DNA of 64,000 bases from Pyrinomonadaceae bacterium (GCA_041745075.1 JBGTJP010000007.1:1186-65185); one strand, 5' to 3'. Positions 9,477 through 20,161 are shown, numbered from the stretch's first letter. The notes: generated from the letters alone by a model not told the origin. Program-made: numbers and translations.

Positions 9477-11111
9477 CTATTTTGGATCTGCTACTTTTAC
9501 TTCTGCAAACGCCTCGGCCAAACACTCGCGTACATCCGACGCGGTCATCACCCGTTTGCCGTATTTCTTTTCGGCAATATCGCCCGCAAGTCCGGCAATA
9601 TAAACTGCCGCTATTACGGTTTCGAAAATATCGCTCTTCATCATCACCGCTTGCGCGACAAATCCGCCAAGAATGCCGGTCAGCGTGTCGCCGTTTCCGG
9701 CCTTTCCCAATCCTGAATTTCCTGTAGGATTGACGACGACCTTACCGCCGGGTTCGCCGATGAGGACACGCTCGCCTTTTAGTACGAGAGTGACGTTGTT
9801 CTTTTCTGAAAACTCGCGAACGGCCGCAACGCGGTCCTTGATCGCTTCCTTGTCGTCCGTTCCGAGCAGCCGCAGGAACTCGCCCTCATGCGGCGTGAGG
9901 ATCAATGGAACGCGGATGCCTTCGTCCGCGTGTCGCCCCGGAATCCCATTCGGAGGATTGAAGTACGACAGAGCTCCAGCATCAACGATCACAGGTGTTG
10001 TGCGTTCTTCGACTACCTTGCGGACGAGCGATTCGATCTCGGGATCGGTCGCCGAAAGTCCCGGACCGACCGCGATCGCGTTAGCTTTCGATGAAAGCTC
10101 ATCGAACTCCGGCAATCCGATAGTCGCGAGGATGACTTCGGGTAGAATTCGGCTGGCGATCTCTGTTTTGGCGTCCGCGGGACACGCGAGAGTTACCAGT
10201 CCGACGCCCGTACGGATCGCGGAGTTTCCAGCGAGAACCGCCGCGCCGGAATACGTTTCTGATCCGGCGATGATCAGTGCGTGCCCCCGTTTGTTCTTGT
10301 AGGAGGAATTGCTGAATTTGGTCGCACTGAGCCAGTCGCCAGCGTCTTGACGATCAGCTAGAAAAAGTTGAGAGGGTTGTTGATCAATCAACTCCTGAGG
10401 CGAGCCGATCGCGGCCACCACCAACTCCCCGTTAAACCCACACGCGCCTGGGAGAACGTTACCTGCTTTTGGAGCCGTAAAGGTCACGGTCACGTCAGAC
10501 TTTAGCGCTATATCAAGCTCCGCGCCTGAATCCGCATTAAGACCTGAGGGAATATCAACGGCCACTTTGAGCCGCGATCTGCGTGGATCAGTATCATCAT
10601 TTAAGAAGTTAATCTCATGAATGATGTTGTAGACGTATATTTCGAGCGGCCGAGTGAGGCCAGTTCCGAAAACTGCGTCAACGATTACATCGACGCCGTT
10701 GAAAAGCTGAATTTGAACTTCATTCCACTCGTCCTTCGAGAGAATCTCCCGAAGTTCACAAAACTCGCTCATGTACACATCGGTGTGGGTAAAGTCCTCC
10801 GCACACAAAATGCCAAAGTTCGTCCTTGCATCGCCCTTCGTCTCCTTGATCTGACCCAGAAGGACGACGTCTACGAAGGCCCCATCCAGGCCAAGAAGTC
10901 TTGCCAACGCAGCTCCGTCACCGCCGTTATTTCCAGGACCGCAAAGGATGAGGATAGACTTGCCCCTGACCGAGCCGCCGAGTTTCTCCGTGATCACACG
11001 CGCGACTGCATGGGCGGCGTTTTCCATCAAAATGATCGACGGGATGCCGTATTTCTCGGTCGTTAGACGATCGACTTCGCGCATTTCGGCGGCTGTCAGG
11101 ACTTTCTGCAT
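9477..11111 (-). CDS. nnr: bifunctional NAD(P)H-hydrate repair enzyme (epimerase/dehydratase)
   Basis: 544 aa. It has a YjeF N-terminal domain (LCGPGNNGGDG) fused to a carbohydrate-kinase-like C-terminal domain. It is adjacent to tsaE, as in many bacteria. Confidence 0.9.
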   Translation of the reverse strand: MQKVLTAAEMREVDRLTTEKYGIPSIILMENAAHAVARVITEKLGGSVRGKSILILCGPGNNGGDGAALARLLGLDGAFVDVVLLGQIKETKGDARTNFGILCAEDFTHTDVYMSEFCELREILSKDEWNEVQIQLFNGVDVIVDAVFGTGLTRPLEIYVYNIIHEINFLNDDTDPRRSRLKVAVDIPSGLNADSGAELDIALKSDVTVTFTAPKAGNVLPGACGFNGELVVAAIGSPQELIDQQPSQLFLADRQDAGDWLSATKFSNSSYKNKRGHALIIAGSETYSGAAVLAGNSAIRTGVGLVTLACPADAKTEIASRILPEVILATIGLPEFDELSSKANAIAVGPGLSATDPEIESLVRKVVEERTTPVIVDAGALSYFNPPNGIPGRHADEGIRVPLILTPHEGEFLRLLGTDDKEAIKDRVAAVREFSEKNNVTLVLKGERVLIGEPGGKVVVNPTGNSGLGKAGNGDTLTGILGGFVAQAVMMKSDIFETVIAAVYIAGLAGDIAEKKYGKRVMTASDVRECLAEAFAEVKVADPK

Positions 11112-11347
11112 ACACCATCAAGTTGCCACGAATAGCTTCAGAGTTCAAACGCAGAAAAGCCGCACTCTTGCGGTAAGAATGCCGCTTTTCCGCGCTAAAG
11201 GAGACTTGCGAACAGACCTATATCGATGCAATTGGCACAAAATGCCTGCCACTGTGCTTGATCATTGAATACTTCCGTTCATTTAATATAAACCACTATT
11301 CGGCGTGGGCTTCCACAAAAATCCGCCGCTTCGGAAGGCCTGTGAAA

Positions 11348-11424
11348 TGGTGATCCCGGCTGGATTCGAACCAGCGACCTTCCACTTAGGAGGCGGACGC
11401 TCTATCCAACTGAGCTACGGGACC
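11348..11424 (-). tRNA. tRNA-Arg (anticodon CCT)
   Basis: The reverse complement folds as a cloverleaf: GGTCCCG acceptor stem, GCTC/GAGC D stem, anticodon loop CTCCTAA, GCTGG-TTCGAAT-CCAGC T arm, and an encoded CCA. Confidence 0.9.
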
Positions 11425-11464
11425 TATTGCCAAATTCGGATTGTGGATTGCTGAATTCGGATTG

Positions 11465-11986
11465 TCAAGAATCGTATCGAATTAACGAGTTCACTTGATG
11501 CCCGTTAAATTTGCTCCTGCCGCTCAGAAAATCAAGTTCGACGACGAACAGCAGGCCCACGACCTTGCCGCCCAGCCCTTCAACCAGATCAACCACCGCT
11601 TTTGCCGTGCCGCCCGTCGCAAGCAGATCGTCCACGATGAGCACGCGGTGGCCCGACCCGATAGCGTCCTTGTGTATCTCAAGCGTATCCTGCCCGTATT
11701 CCAGATCGTATGAGATCGAGACCTTTTCGGCAGGCAGCTTCTTTGGCTTTCGGACCGGAACGAATCCGGCGCCAAGCTGATACGCAAGCGGCGTGGCAAA
11801 GATAAATCCGCGCGATTCGACGCCGATCACCGTGTCGATCTTTTCGTCTTTACAAAGAGCGTAAAGAGCGTCGATCGTCTGCTTCAAACCGTCCGGGTCC
11901 TTTAGAAGGGTCGTTATGTCGTAAAAGTTAATGCCCGGCTTAGGGAAGTCGGGTACTTCGCGAACAAGTTTGCGTAAATTTTCCAT
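11465..11986 (-). CDS. apt: adenine phosphoribosyltransferase
   Basis: 173 aa with the PRPP-binding motif [13 protein letters not shown]. Confidence 0.93.
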   Translation of the reverse strand: MENLRKLVREVPDFPKPGINFYDITTLLKDPDGLKQTIDALYALCKDEKIDTVIGVESRGFIFATPLAYQLGAGFVPVRKPKKLPAEKVSISYDLEYGQDTLEIHKDAIGSGHRVLIVDDLLATGGTAKAVVDLVEGLGGKVVGLLFVVELDFLSGRSKFNGHQVNSLIRYDS

Positions 11987-12027
11987 TTATTGCGGTCTGG
12001 GCCGAATTATTATCCGGCTTCATTTTT

Positions 12028-12306
12028 TTATTTTTCAATTCTGAAGTTTGAATATTCTGATGTCGGCTCGATCACAAGCTCTTCGACGTCGTCCACCCTC
12101 GAACAACGCGGGCCCGCAGTCATATCGTGCTTGAATGCCTCGACTGCCTTTTCCGGCCCTTGAGCAAATGCTTCCACCCGTCCGTCTTCAAGGTTTCGGA
12201 CATACCCGCGAACCTGATGCCGTGCGGCTGCTCGTTGGGTGAAGAACCGGAAACCTACGCCCTGAACCAGCCCGCTTAAGAGAAATTTTCTGGCCACTAC
12301 CATCAA
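12028..12306 (-). CDS. acyP: acylphosphatase
   Basis: 92 aa with the VQGVGFRFF signature. Confidence 0.85.
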   Translation of the reverse strand: MMVVARKFLLSGLVQGVGFRFFTQRAAARHQVRGYVRNLEDGRVEAFAQGPEKAVEAFKHDMTAGPRCSRVDDVEELVIEPTSEYSNFRIEK

Positions 12307-12313
12307 TTCAAAA

Positions 12314-13081
12314 CTATCCCAGAGCGTCCAGGCACTCTTTCAGGGTCCGTCTGCGGCAAGTGTAAACAGGCATTCCTCGAAGCGTAAGCTTGCTCGCCGG
12401 TGTTTGCCTGAGTTCTTCCGCCAGGGCAAGGAAATCACGAGGTTCATCGGTTTCGAACGAAATGAGATATTCCTGCTCACTGGACCCGAATGCGTGCGTC
12501 ATATGGATGCGGATGTTCGGGAATTTCTTTCCGACCATAAAATTTTCTTCGATCAGGGCGTCACGTTCAGCCCCGGTTTTATCGTACCAATCCGGGTGCT
12601 TCGCGCACGGATAAACGAAATGGTAGGCTCCGCTGCCGGCAATGACCTGAGCCCGGCTTTGCGGGTTGCCGAGACCGTCCTCGGGAATGAACGACATTTT
12701 CTTTGTCACCGCAAGGTAATTTTCGGCCGTTTCAAGATAACTGCCAAGACTGCTGCGGAACAGCTTCGCCGTCATGTCCTGGATCGGGTCCAGCGAATTA
12801 CTGATCCGCCAGAACATCAGGTCGGCCTTTGAGTCGAAACCCACTAGCGAGTAGCTGTAAAGCAGAAAATTGTCCTGGAACGAATCGTACACGCCCTGAA
12901 ATTCGCTTTTGAAAATACTTTTGCTTTCGTTGTCCAGCTTTCGCCATGCCGGATTGACGCGAAAGAAAATGAAATTGACGAACTGCGTCTGCACATCGGG
13001 CAATTTTCGCGGGCCCTTTGGTTCAGGGAGGAGCCTTAGGCTGCCGTCACCCGTATCTTTTGTCCGATCATGCAAATCCAT
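12314..13081 (-). CDS. chlorite dismutase family protein (HemQ/ChdC-like coproheme decarboxylase)
   Basis: About 255 aa. The overall pattern (FFRVNPAWRKL..., ...YHFVYPCAKHPDWY...) resembles HemQ-type proteins. Confidence 0.72.
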   Translation of the reverse strand: MDLHDRTKDTGDGSLRLLPEPKGPRKLPDVQTQFVNFIFFRVNPAWRKLDNESKSIFKSEFQGVYDSFQDNFLLYSYSLVGFDSKADLMFWRISNSLDPIQDMTAKLFRSSLGSYLETAENYLAVTKKMSFIPEDGLGNPQSRAQVIAGSGAYHFVYPCAKHPDWYDKTGAERDALIEENFMVGKKFPNIRIHMTHAFGSSEQEYLISFETDEPRDFLALAEELRQTPASKLTLRGMPVYTCRRRTLKECLDALG

Positions 13082-13219
13082 TCAACCTATTCTGCCAAGT
13101 TTCCAAGGTGATGTCCAAAACCGGCGTCTGAGTGTAAAAACCGAAGGATTCGCGAAAAGCCGCAAGGCTCGGGAAGGAACAAGATCAGAAAACAGGTGAG
13201 CACGATAAATGGCGTACTT

Positions 13220-14026
13220 CTAACGCGGTTCTGCCGCGCGAGGGATATTTATTGGCGAATGCCCGTGTCCCAGGCCTTTGGCCGTTCGGATCGCTTCGGT
13301 GACAAATTCCTTCGCTATTGTCGCCGCATCGGGCAGATCGGCGCCGAGCGCTAGATTTGCCGTGATCGCTGCCGCGAGCGTGCAGCCGGTACCGTGCGTC
13401 GCGTCGGTTACGATGTGTTCGGCTTCTAACACATGCACGCCGCCGTCGGCTTGATAGAGATAGTCGCGTGCCTTGCCGTCTTCGATAAAATGCCCGCCCT
13501 TCATCAGAACCCGCTCGGCCCCCATCGAAAGTATTAGACGCGCTGCGGCGGAAATATCGTCGCGCGTCCTGATCGCCATTCCCGTAATTCTTTCGGCTTC
13601 CTGCGTATTTGGTGTAACTATTAAGCTTAGCGGAAATAATTTGTCGATCATTACTCGAAGTGCATCGTCATCGATCAGATCGAAACCGGACGTAGATCTG
13701 ACAACAGGGTCAACAACAAGCTTCCCGACACCGCGTTCGGTCATTAACCTTGCCGTTTCTTCGATCACTTCGCGCGTCGGAAGCATTCCTGTCTTTACTG
13801 CGGCGATCTCCAGATCATCCATTACCGCTTCGACTTGCGATCGGACCGAGGCTGCGTCCTGATGGACGGCGCCAAAAACACCGGTCGTGTTTTGAAAAGT
13901 GATCGTTGAGATCGCCGCCGCCGCAAAGCAGCCGAACGCCGAAAACGTCTTGATGTCAGCGATAACGCCTGCTCCGCCGGACGGGTCCAGTCCCGCAATA
14001 GTCAGGCACGCCTTTTGGTTTGACAT
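13220..14026 (-). CDS. thiD: hydroxymethylpyrimidine/phosphomethylpyrimidine kinase
   Basis: MSNQKACLTIAGLDPSGGAGVIADIKT... begins at the ATG at 14026. The upstream 180 codons of the listed 451-aa ORF overlap thiE and are low-complexity Arg/Pro-rich sequence. Confidence 0.9.
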   Translation of the reverse strand: MSNQKACLTIAGLDPSGGAGVIADIKTFSAFGCFAAAAISTITFQNTTGVFGAVHQDAASVRSQVEAVMDDLEIAAVKTGMLPTREVIEETARLMTERGVGKLVVDPVVRSTSGFDLIDDDALRVMIDKLFPLSLIVTPNTQEAERITGMAIRTRDDISAAARLILSMGAERVLMKGGHFIEDGKARDYLYQADGGVHVLEAEHIVTDATHGTGCTLAAAITANLALGADLPDAATIAKEFVTEAIRTAKGLGHGHSPINIPRAAEPR

Positions 14027-14063
14027 ACCCGTGTAAACTAATGAAAAAAGATAGCTTATCCTT

Positions 14064-14666
14064 TCAGGCCATAAGCCCGTTGAGATAGCGAATGGCCGCG
14101 TACCCCGCCGCTCCGTTCGCCAAAACGTCTGCCGTGTTTTCAACCTGGATACCACCAAGCGCAAGTACAGGAAAAGGATGCACCCGCGAACAAACTTCCC
14201 GAAGTTGATCGATCCCCACGGGTTCATTCTTGCCTGGGCTTGAAAAAACCGGTCCGAATACAACAAAGTCTGCGCCGGCCGTTTTGGCTGCTTCGGCCTG
14301 GCTGATCGAGTGCGTCGAAACACCGATAATAAAAGGTTCGGGCAAATGCCGCCTGACCTCTGCCGCCGAAAGCCCATCCGCAGGCAAATGAACGCCGTGC
14401 GCCCCTGCCGCCAAGGCGATATCAGCCCGGCCGTTGACCAGTATTTTAACCTCAGTTCCACGGACGGCCTCGGCAACGGCCTGCGCAAGATCGAACAAAA
14501 GAGATGCGGGCAGGCGTTTTTCGCGGAGCTGGAAAATGGCAATGCCGTGCTCGGCGGCGATTGCCGCCTTGCCAACTATTTTCCGCTTTCTCATTGTAAA
14601 ATTGCTTTCGTCGGCGTCACCTTCGGAAATGCAGCAGATGATCGGAATAGGAAACATGCCGCTCAC
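14064..14666 (-). CDS. thiE: thiamine-phosphate synthase
   Basis: 200 aa TMP-TENI-like sequence (IFQLREK..., GVHLPADG..., ALGGI). It lies immediately upstream of thiD. Confidence 0.85.
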   Translation of the reverse strand: MSGMFPIPIICCISEGDADESNFTMRKRKIVGKAAIAAEHGIAIFQLREKRLPASLLFDLAQAVAEAVRGTEVKILVNGRADIALAAGAHGVHLPADGLSAAEVRRHLPEPFIIGVSTHSISQAEAAKTAGADFVVFGPVFSSPGKNEPVGIDQLREVCSRVHPFPVLALGGIQVENTADVLANGAAGYAAIRYLNGLMA

Positions 14667-14962
14667 TTTCTGTTTTGCTTTTGATCGTGTTCGCGCAGGA
14701 GTTCAACGCTTTGGCTGAAATGCGCAGCCTCCCAGAACGCGATGACGATATTCACCACGCCCAGGCCGGTCACGGCACCTCGAAACCAGTTGGATGTCAC
14801 CGTCCGCTGCAGAGAGGGAAGTCCCGTACCCTCGGCCACAAGAGCCAGAAGATAATTCTCGCTCCAGTTACCGAACAGCGTATCCCACGGCGAGAGAATC
14901 AAGTAGAAACCCAGCAGCAGGCATAGAATAATAAAAAAAATGACGGTCAGTTTCTCAACCAT
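14663..14962 (-). CDS. small membrane protein (hypothetical)
   Basis: 99 aa with two or three hydrophobic segments. Its stop overlaps the thiE start by 4 nt. Confidence 0.5.
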   Translation of the reverse strand: MVEKLTVIFFIILCLLLGFYLILSPWDTLFGNWSENYLLALVAEGTGLPSLQRTVTSNWFRGAVTGLGVVNIVIAFWEAAHFSQSVELLREHDQKQNRK

Positions 14963-15016
14963 ACCGTCAAATTATAATCTTTAAACATCTACCGAACAAC
15001 CGATTCGTCGGCCCGG

Positions 15017-17113
15017 TCAGTGATTTACCGCAATACTTTTCATCCGCTCGCTAATGTCGCGGAAATTGACGTTCTCGGCATAAACCTGTTCGAAATACTG
15101 TCCGGCGCGGTTCGTATTTCCATCGGCCTCGTACGCAAGGGCCAGTTCGTACCATAAGCCCTGCATCTCTTCCCTTGAAAGATCGGCGGTTTCCAACGCA
15201 CGTTCGTACCATGTCAAAGCGATATGCGGCATGCTCTGCTGCATAAAACAATGCCCGAGCAGGTTTGTGCACGAGAAAAAGCGGCGCGTCCCGTCGTTCG
15301 GCTGGACGAGAGAAATGGCCCCTTGAAATTCCTTGATTGCTTCTTCCATTAGGCCCATTTCCTGGTATGCAATGGCCGTGTTGAAATGTGTTTCAAAGTC
15401 CGAATCATCCGGCTGAGCGGAATCTTCCAGGCCAAGTTCATTCCTGAGATCGTGCAGCCCTCCTGTATCGTGTTCGATCTTTTCCGATGCCGGGCCCGTC
15501 TCCATTACAGGAGCATCGGCCGATGGTGCGTCCGAAACCAGGGCACCAATCGCTCCGATCTCATCCCGAACTTTTACGATCTCGGGCCGCTCGCCGAACT
15601 CGCCTCTAAGTTCGTTAACGGCTTTTTCGGCCAGCTCGGTGTAGCCGTTCTCGATGTAGAAACGGACTGTTTCGATCTCTTTCTCAAGCCTATGCTGATC
15701 GGCTTTGGCAAATTCGTCCGCGTTCCCCGTGGCCGCCTCGAGGGGAGCAACCTCCGTTACCGCTCCGTTAAATGCGAACCCGCTTTCCGGCTCTGCGGTA
15801 TCCCCGGCTTCGGCCGAATGATCGAAACTAACCAGCGGTGCCTCACCGGGTGCTGAGTACTCCGGCGGGTGCGCGGCATTATCTCCATTTTTCAAAAAAC
15901 GCTTATCAAAAAGGTTCTCTTCGGTCTCGCCGCCCTCAAAACCATGTTCCGCATTTATCTCGCGCAGGCGTTCGGCATAAGTTGCTTCCTGCGGGACCAG
16001 CATCGTCAGTTGGAGCAGGGCAAACCGCTCATCATCCACCGAATCGGCTTTCTTTGCCACCTCGGCGAGCTTTATCAGCGACTCACACAGGGCTGCCTCG
16101 TCTCTTTGCCACGAGCAATATCTCGCCTGAAGCCGCAGTGCGTCCAGTTGTTCCGGATCTTTTTCGAGAACGGCTTTTACAAGCACGCTGAATTCATCCG
16201 CCTGACCGCCGATAAGCATGTGCTCCGACGACATTGAGAGGATCCTGGCCGCCGAATTCAAATCGTTCTGCTCGATATAGATGTTTGCCAGATCAAGGAA
16301 TTTCGGATAGTTCGCCGGCTCTAGCTCAACCAGCTTAATAACCGTTTTTTCAGCTTCGGCCAAATCGTCGCATTCTATAAGGCAGTCTATCAGGAGGTAG
16401 CGGATCTCACGGCTATGCGGAAATTCGGCTAATATTTCGGTAAGCTTTTCAGCGGATTCTCTTGCCTTTCCCAAAGCTGACTGGGAAGCTACGAATCCCG
16501 CGAGCGCGCTTGGATCGCCCTTACTGATAGAGAGCGTTTTTTCAAAGGCGGCTATTGCTTCCTCGTGCGCCCCTTTGTTCGCGAACCGTGTTCCAACCTC
16601 GGTATAGGCGTCGATGGCCTCGTTTTTTTGGTTCTCGGCCAGATATGAATCGGCAAGGCTTAAGTAGGCTTCCGTGTCGGTCGGATCGAGCAGGGCGATC
16701 TCCTTCCACATCGCAAGCGCGTCGATCTTTCTTCCGCACTTTTCGAAATGGTCGGCGACCTTCTGAAAATGCGTGCGAGCCTCATTCAGTGAGCCTTTTT
16801 GCTTGTATAACTCCGCCAGCTTTTGCCAAACTTCGACCGAGCTGGGGTCGAGTTTTGAGATCTTGTTGTAGATCGCGATCGCCTTTTGGGCAAAGCCCTG
16901 CTTGGTATAGTGATTGGCGACAGAGGTGTAACATTTTATTGCCGCCCTGATATCCGTATTCTTCGAATACAGATCTCCGAGCATATTGATCGTTCCAAAG
17001 TCTTTTGCGTCAAACTTTACAACCTGTTCATATTCGCCAATGGCGGAACGGATCTTTCCCTGGGAAAGGTATTTTTCGGCATTCCGCATTGCCTTTGTCT
17101 TATCGAAAGTCAT
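15017..17113 (-). CDS. tetratricopeptide-repeat protein
   Basis: 698 aa with repeated 34-aa A/Y/L patterns (AIxxYxxAL...P) at both ends and an acidic central linker. Confidence 0.8.
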   Translation of the reverse strand: MTFDKTKAMRNAEKYLSQGKIRSAIGEYEQVVKFDAKDFGTINMLGDLYSKNTDIRAAIKCYTSVANHYTKQGFAQKAIAIYNKISKLDPSSVEVWQKLAELYKQKGSLNEARTHFQKVADHFEKCGRKIDALAMWKEIALLDPTDTEAYLSLADSYLAENQKNEAIDAYTEVGTRFANKGAHEEAIAAFEKTLSISKGDPSALAGFVASQSALGKARESAEKLTEILAEFPHSREIRYLLIDCLIECDDLAEAEKTVIKLVELEPANYPKFLDLANIYIEQNDLNSAARILSMSSEHMLIGGQADEFSVLVKAVLEKDPEQLDALRLQARYCSWQRDEAALCESLIKLAEVAKKADSVDDERFALLQLTMLVPQEATYAERLREINAEHGFEGGETEENLFDKRFLKNGDNAAHPPEYSAPGEAPLVSFDHSAEAGDTAEPESGFAFNGAVTEVAPLEAATGNADEFAKADQHRLEKEIETVRFYIENGYTELAEKAVNELRGEFGERPEIVKVRDEIGAIGALVSDAPSADAPVMETGPASEKIEHDTGGLHDLRNELGLEDSAQPDDSDFETHFNTAIAYQEMGLMEEAIKEFQGAISLVQPNDGTRRFFSCTNLLGHCFMQQSMPHIALTWYERALETADLSREEMQGLWYELALAYEADGNTNRAGQYFEQVYAENVNFRDISERMKSIAVNH

Positions 17114-17370
17114 CGTTGGTTCGCTGCCGGATCAGTCTGAAGCTGGATTATGAAGGGCCGATCGCTTTCTACGTGAGTTTTTTGTATGGAGAGTACAGGT
17201 GAATTGTCTAAACCCTGCAAGTAGTAAATTACCACGCCTCATCTTGGAGTGTCAATATTTTTTGACATCTAACAAAGAAGTACAACACTTTCCGGCGCAC
17301 GCGATTTTGCATTTTTTCGGGCCATTTTTTAGTCTTAAACTTCGGCTTGAGATTGGAATTTAGTAAATAT

Positions 17371-18411
17371 ATGCAGGCACTAATACTTGCCGGCGGCAAG
17401 GGCACGCGGCTTCGCCCTCTAACGGTTTACACGCCAAAACCCATCGTACCGGTGATGAACCGGCCATTTTTGCTCTATCAGATCGAGATACTTGCACGGG
17501 CAGGGATAACCGACATCGTTTTGTCGCTAAGCTATCAACCCGACAAGATCGAGGACCTTTTGGGCAACGGCTCCGATTTTGGCGTAAGTTTGAGGTATGT
17601 TACCGAACCAACGCCTATGGGCACCGGCGGCGCCTATCGGTTTGCTGCCGAAGAGATTCGCGAAACAACCGTGGTGTTGAACGGCGATATCCTGACAGAC
17701 CTCGATATTTCCAGGTTGATCGCCTTTCACCGCTCTAAGGCCTCCGACGCCACCATTGCGCTGGCCCAAGTTGACGATCCTTCGGCCTATGGCCTGGTCG
17801 AGACCGGCGACGAAGGCCGTGTGAAACGATTTCTGGAAAAACCTAAACCTGCCGAGGTCAGCGATCTGAAAGTAAATACTGTAAATGCAGGCATTTATGT
17901 TCTGGAACCATCTATTCTCGATCTTATCCCGTCGGGCGAAAGCCGCTCGTTCGAATATGACGTTTTTCCCGAGATCCTAAAAAACGAAAGGCCATTTTTT
18001 AGCTATGTCATGACCGGCGGATATTGGCGCGACCTTGGCAATCCACCAAGCTACCTTCAGGCTCACCATGATTTTTTCGACGGAAAGATCGCCGGTTTTG
18101 ATCACGACCGGTCGGCCGTTTCGGATATTGCGACGGCGGCGAGTGTTGACCGGGCGTCAGTGATCGGGGAAGGGTGCGTTATAAAACCGGGAGCGACCGT
18201 CGTGAGTTCCGCGATCGGGCCAGGCGTCTATATCGATGAAAAGGCGGTGGTTGAAAATTCGGTCATCTGGGGCCACACGCGAATTTCATCGGCGGCTGAA
18301 ATTCGAAATTCCTTTGTCGGACGCAGTTGTCACATAGGAAGGAACGCATCCGTGACGGACGGTGCGGTGCTTGGCGATAAGACTTCATTGTCGGATTACA
18401 CAAAGATATAG
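17371..18411 (+). CDS. sugar-phosphate nucleotidyltransferase with C-terminal left-handed beta-helix domain
   Basis: MQALILAGGKGTRLRPLT N-terminal NTP-transferase motif. Start placed at the ATG at 17371, whereas the track uses an upstream TTG. Confidence 0.85.
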   Translation: MQALILAGGKGTRLRPLTVYTPKPIVPVMNRPFLLYQIEILARAGITDIVLSLSYQPDKIEDLLGNGSDFGVSLRYVTEPTPMGTGGAYRFAAEEIRETTVVLNGDILTDLDISRLIAFHRSKASDATIALAQVDDPSAYGLVETGDEGRVKRFLEKPKPAEVSDLKVNTVNAGIYVLEPSILDLIPSGESRSFEYDVFPEILKNERPFFSYVMTGGYWRDLGNPPSYLQAHHDFFDGKIAGFDHDRSAVSDIATAASVDRASVIGEGCVIKPGATVVSSAIGPGVYIDEKAVVENSVIWGHTRISSAAEIRNSFVGRSCHIGRNASVTDGAVLGDKTSLSDYTKI

Positions 18412-18424
18412 GACGGATCGTGGT

Positions 18425-19252
18425 ATGCCAGAACTCCCTGAGGTTGAACATGTTGCGCAAGCTTTGCAGGGATTGATCGCCGGCCGACGTATCGAATCCG
18501 CCGAGCTCCGGCGCGCCCGCCTTGCGCCTGACACAAAACCGTCAAAGTTTGCCGCCGAACTGGCGGGAACTGGGATCAATTTCATCCACCGCCGCGGAAA
18601 GCATATTCTCATCGATCTCGAAAATGGGCGGACGCTGATCGTGCATCTTCGAATGAGCGGCCGCTTTATGCTGCTCACTCCCGACCACGAAGACCCCAGA
18701 TTCACGCACGCCGTATTTCATTTCTCCGATCAAAACAGGCTTGTGTTCCAGGACCAGCGGCACTTCGGTCTGATGAAAATAGTCGAAACCTCAGAGCTTT
18801 TCGAGGCCCGGGAACTGGCCAAGCTTGCGCCCGAGCCGTTTTCGGCCGAGTTCTCGCCGGACTATTTGCGAACAACCTTGAAGGCGACTAACCGGGTACT
18901 TAAAGAGGTGCTTCTTGACCAGACAAGGGTTTGCGGCGTCGGGAACATCTACGCCTCGGAGGCATTGTTTCTTGCCGGGATCAGTCCGCGGCGGCGCGGT
19001 AAAAACGTGCCTGGTTCGCGTATCGAGCCGCTTTTTACGAGCATAAGAAACGTTCTTTCCGAAGCAATGGCGGCCCAGAATACGATCATTCCGGACCCGG
19101 TAGTGATCGGTGAGGGAGTTTACGGCGTGGTTGATGCGCGCTGGCGGGTGTATGATCGCGAAGGCGAGCCTTGTCCCAATTGCGCAACGCCGATCCGTCG
19201 AATACGGCAAGGGGCCCGTTCAACGTATTTCTGTTCAAAATGCCAAAGATAG
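18425..19252 (+). CDS. mutM: formamidopyrimidine-DNA glycosylase
   Basis: N-terminal MPELPEVE and a C-terminal zinc finger CPNC...FCSKCQ. Confidence 0.9.
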   Translation: MPELPEVEHVAQALQGLIAGRRIESAELRRARLAPDTKPSKFAAELAGTGINFIHRRGKHILIDLENGRTLIVHLRMSGRFMLLTPDHEDPRFTHAVFHFSDQNRLVFQDQRHFGLMKIVETSELFEARELAKLAPEPFSAEFSPDYLRTTLKATNRVLKEVLLDQTRVCGVGNIYASEALFLAGISPRRRGKNVPGSRIEPLFTSIRNVLSEAMAAQNTIIPDPVVIGEGVYGVVDARWRVYDREGEPCPNCATPIRRIRQGARSTYFCSKCQR

Positions 19253-19286
19253 CCGTTACCGGCATGTTTATTGGAGGAAACCGATC

Positions 19287-19940
19287 ATGTATAAGAAGAT
19301 CCTTGTTTTTCTTTCATTAGCCGCCCTTCTCGCCCTTTCGCCGTTGCAAGTTTTCGCATGCGCTTGCTGTGCCGAGCCCGGAACTTATCATCTGCGGACC
19401 TCCAAACCGGATGGTTACTCGCTAAGTGTTGTTGAAGATTTTCGGTTCGAGAAGCCGGCCGACCTGTATATGACCGAGGCCGGTTTTGAAATGATAAAGG
19501 GCTTGGATCCACTTCGGGGCGAATATGAATCGAATGATTGGACCGCAGGCAGCCATTTCGATCTGGCTGCGTCGTTTACAAATAAACTATGGCGGTTCAA
19601 TTTCACTACCCCAAAGGGAACGCGAGGCACGCTTACGCTGCCGCTCCCGACTCAAATGGTGACCTACAAAGTCGATATCCACGACGAGGAAGATCGCCCC
19701 AACGGGCCGCTATTGTACAAAGAGTTTCGCTTCAAGGGCAGAGTGTCGGCGGCGACGGGTTTTGCCCGTTTGGCGGTGGGCCGGGGCACGACCTATTTCC
19801 TTGTTTTTCAGGGTAGGGGAAACGGATGCGACAACGCCTCCGACTTTACCCACTGGCGCCTTGAGATAGAAGGCCCGCGATCCAATTATGCTTTCTTTGG
19901 AAAATTGGATACGGAAGGGGAGGAAGAAGACGCCGCGTAA
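19287..19940 (+). CDS. hypothetical exported protein
   Basis: ATG at 19287 preceded by GGAGG. It has a signal peptide MYKKILVFLSLAALLALSPLQVFA followed by CACC. I recognise no family. Confidence 0.6.
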   Translation: MYKKILVFLSLAALLALSPLQVFACACCAEPGTYHLRTSKPDGYSLSVVEDFRFEKPADLYMTEAGFEMIKGLDPLRGEYESNDWTAGSHFDLAASFTNKLWRFNFTTPKGTRGTLTLPLPTQMVTYKVDIHDEEDRPNGPLLYKEFRFKGRVSAATGFARLAVGRGTTYFLVFQGRGNGCDNASDFTHWRLEIEGPRSNYAFFGKLDTEGEEEDAA

Positions 19941-20070
19941 TCCCTTCTTACTTTGCGTCCTTGGCGGACTTTGCGTGGAATCTTTTTTCTTTACACCAAG
20001 GATGCCTGGATCGCGACGTAAAGAGTACCGCCCTTTTTAGCCCCTTGACAGACGGGCGTTAAAGTAACAT

Positions 20071-20161
20071 CATCAAGCATATTTTGTGGTGAGTTAATTG
20101 CGACTTGCGACCACGTTAAATAATCCGCTAAACAGCTTGCAGGACAAAACGAATTTGAAAA
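20071..20161 (+). promoter_or_regulatory. structured leader (candidate riboswitch/attenuator) upstream of the methionine-cycle gene
   Basis: Nested pairings caagc (20074-78)/gcttg (20135-39) and gtggt (20086-90)/accac (20110-14), with a U-rich joiner. A TTGACA box lies at 20045-50. The leader is followed directly by the terminator hairpin at 20162. No riboswitch class could be assigned by eye. Confidence 0.3.

Noticed and set aside
13220-14575. 451-aa ORF suggesting a much longer ThiD
   Set aside because: The upstream 180 codons or so are Arg/Pro/Ser-rich low-complexity sequence and overlap the thiE coding region in another frame. ThiD homology starts at MSNQKACLTIAGLDPSGG (ATG at 14026).
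14667-17346. TPP riboswitch expected ahead of thiE/thiD
   Set aside because: thiE overlaps an upstream membrane-protein ORF and follows a TPR gene. I saw no CUGAGA/ACCUGA-type THI-box in the nearby non-coding DNA.
19941-20040. Direct repeat actttgcgt x2 downstream of the hypothetical exported protein gene
   Set aside because: It is only 9 bp, occurs twice, has no symmetry and no obvious associated gene, and is compatible with chance.
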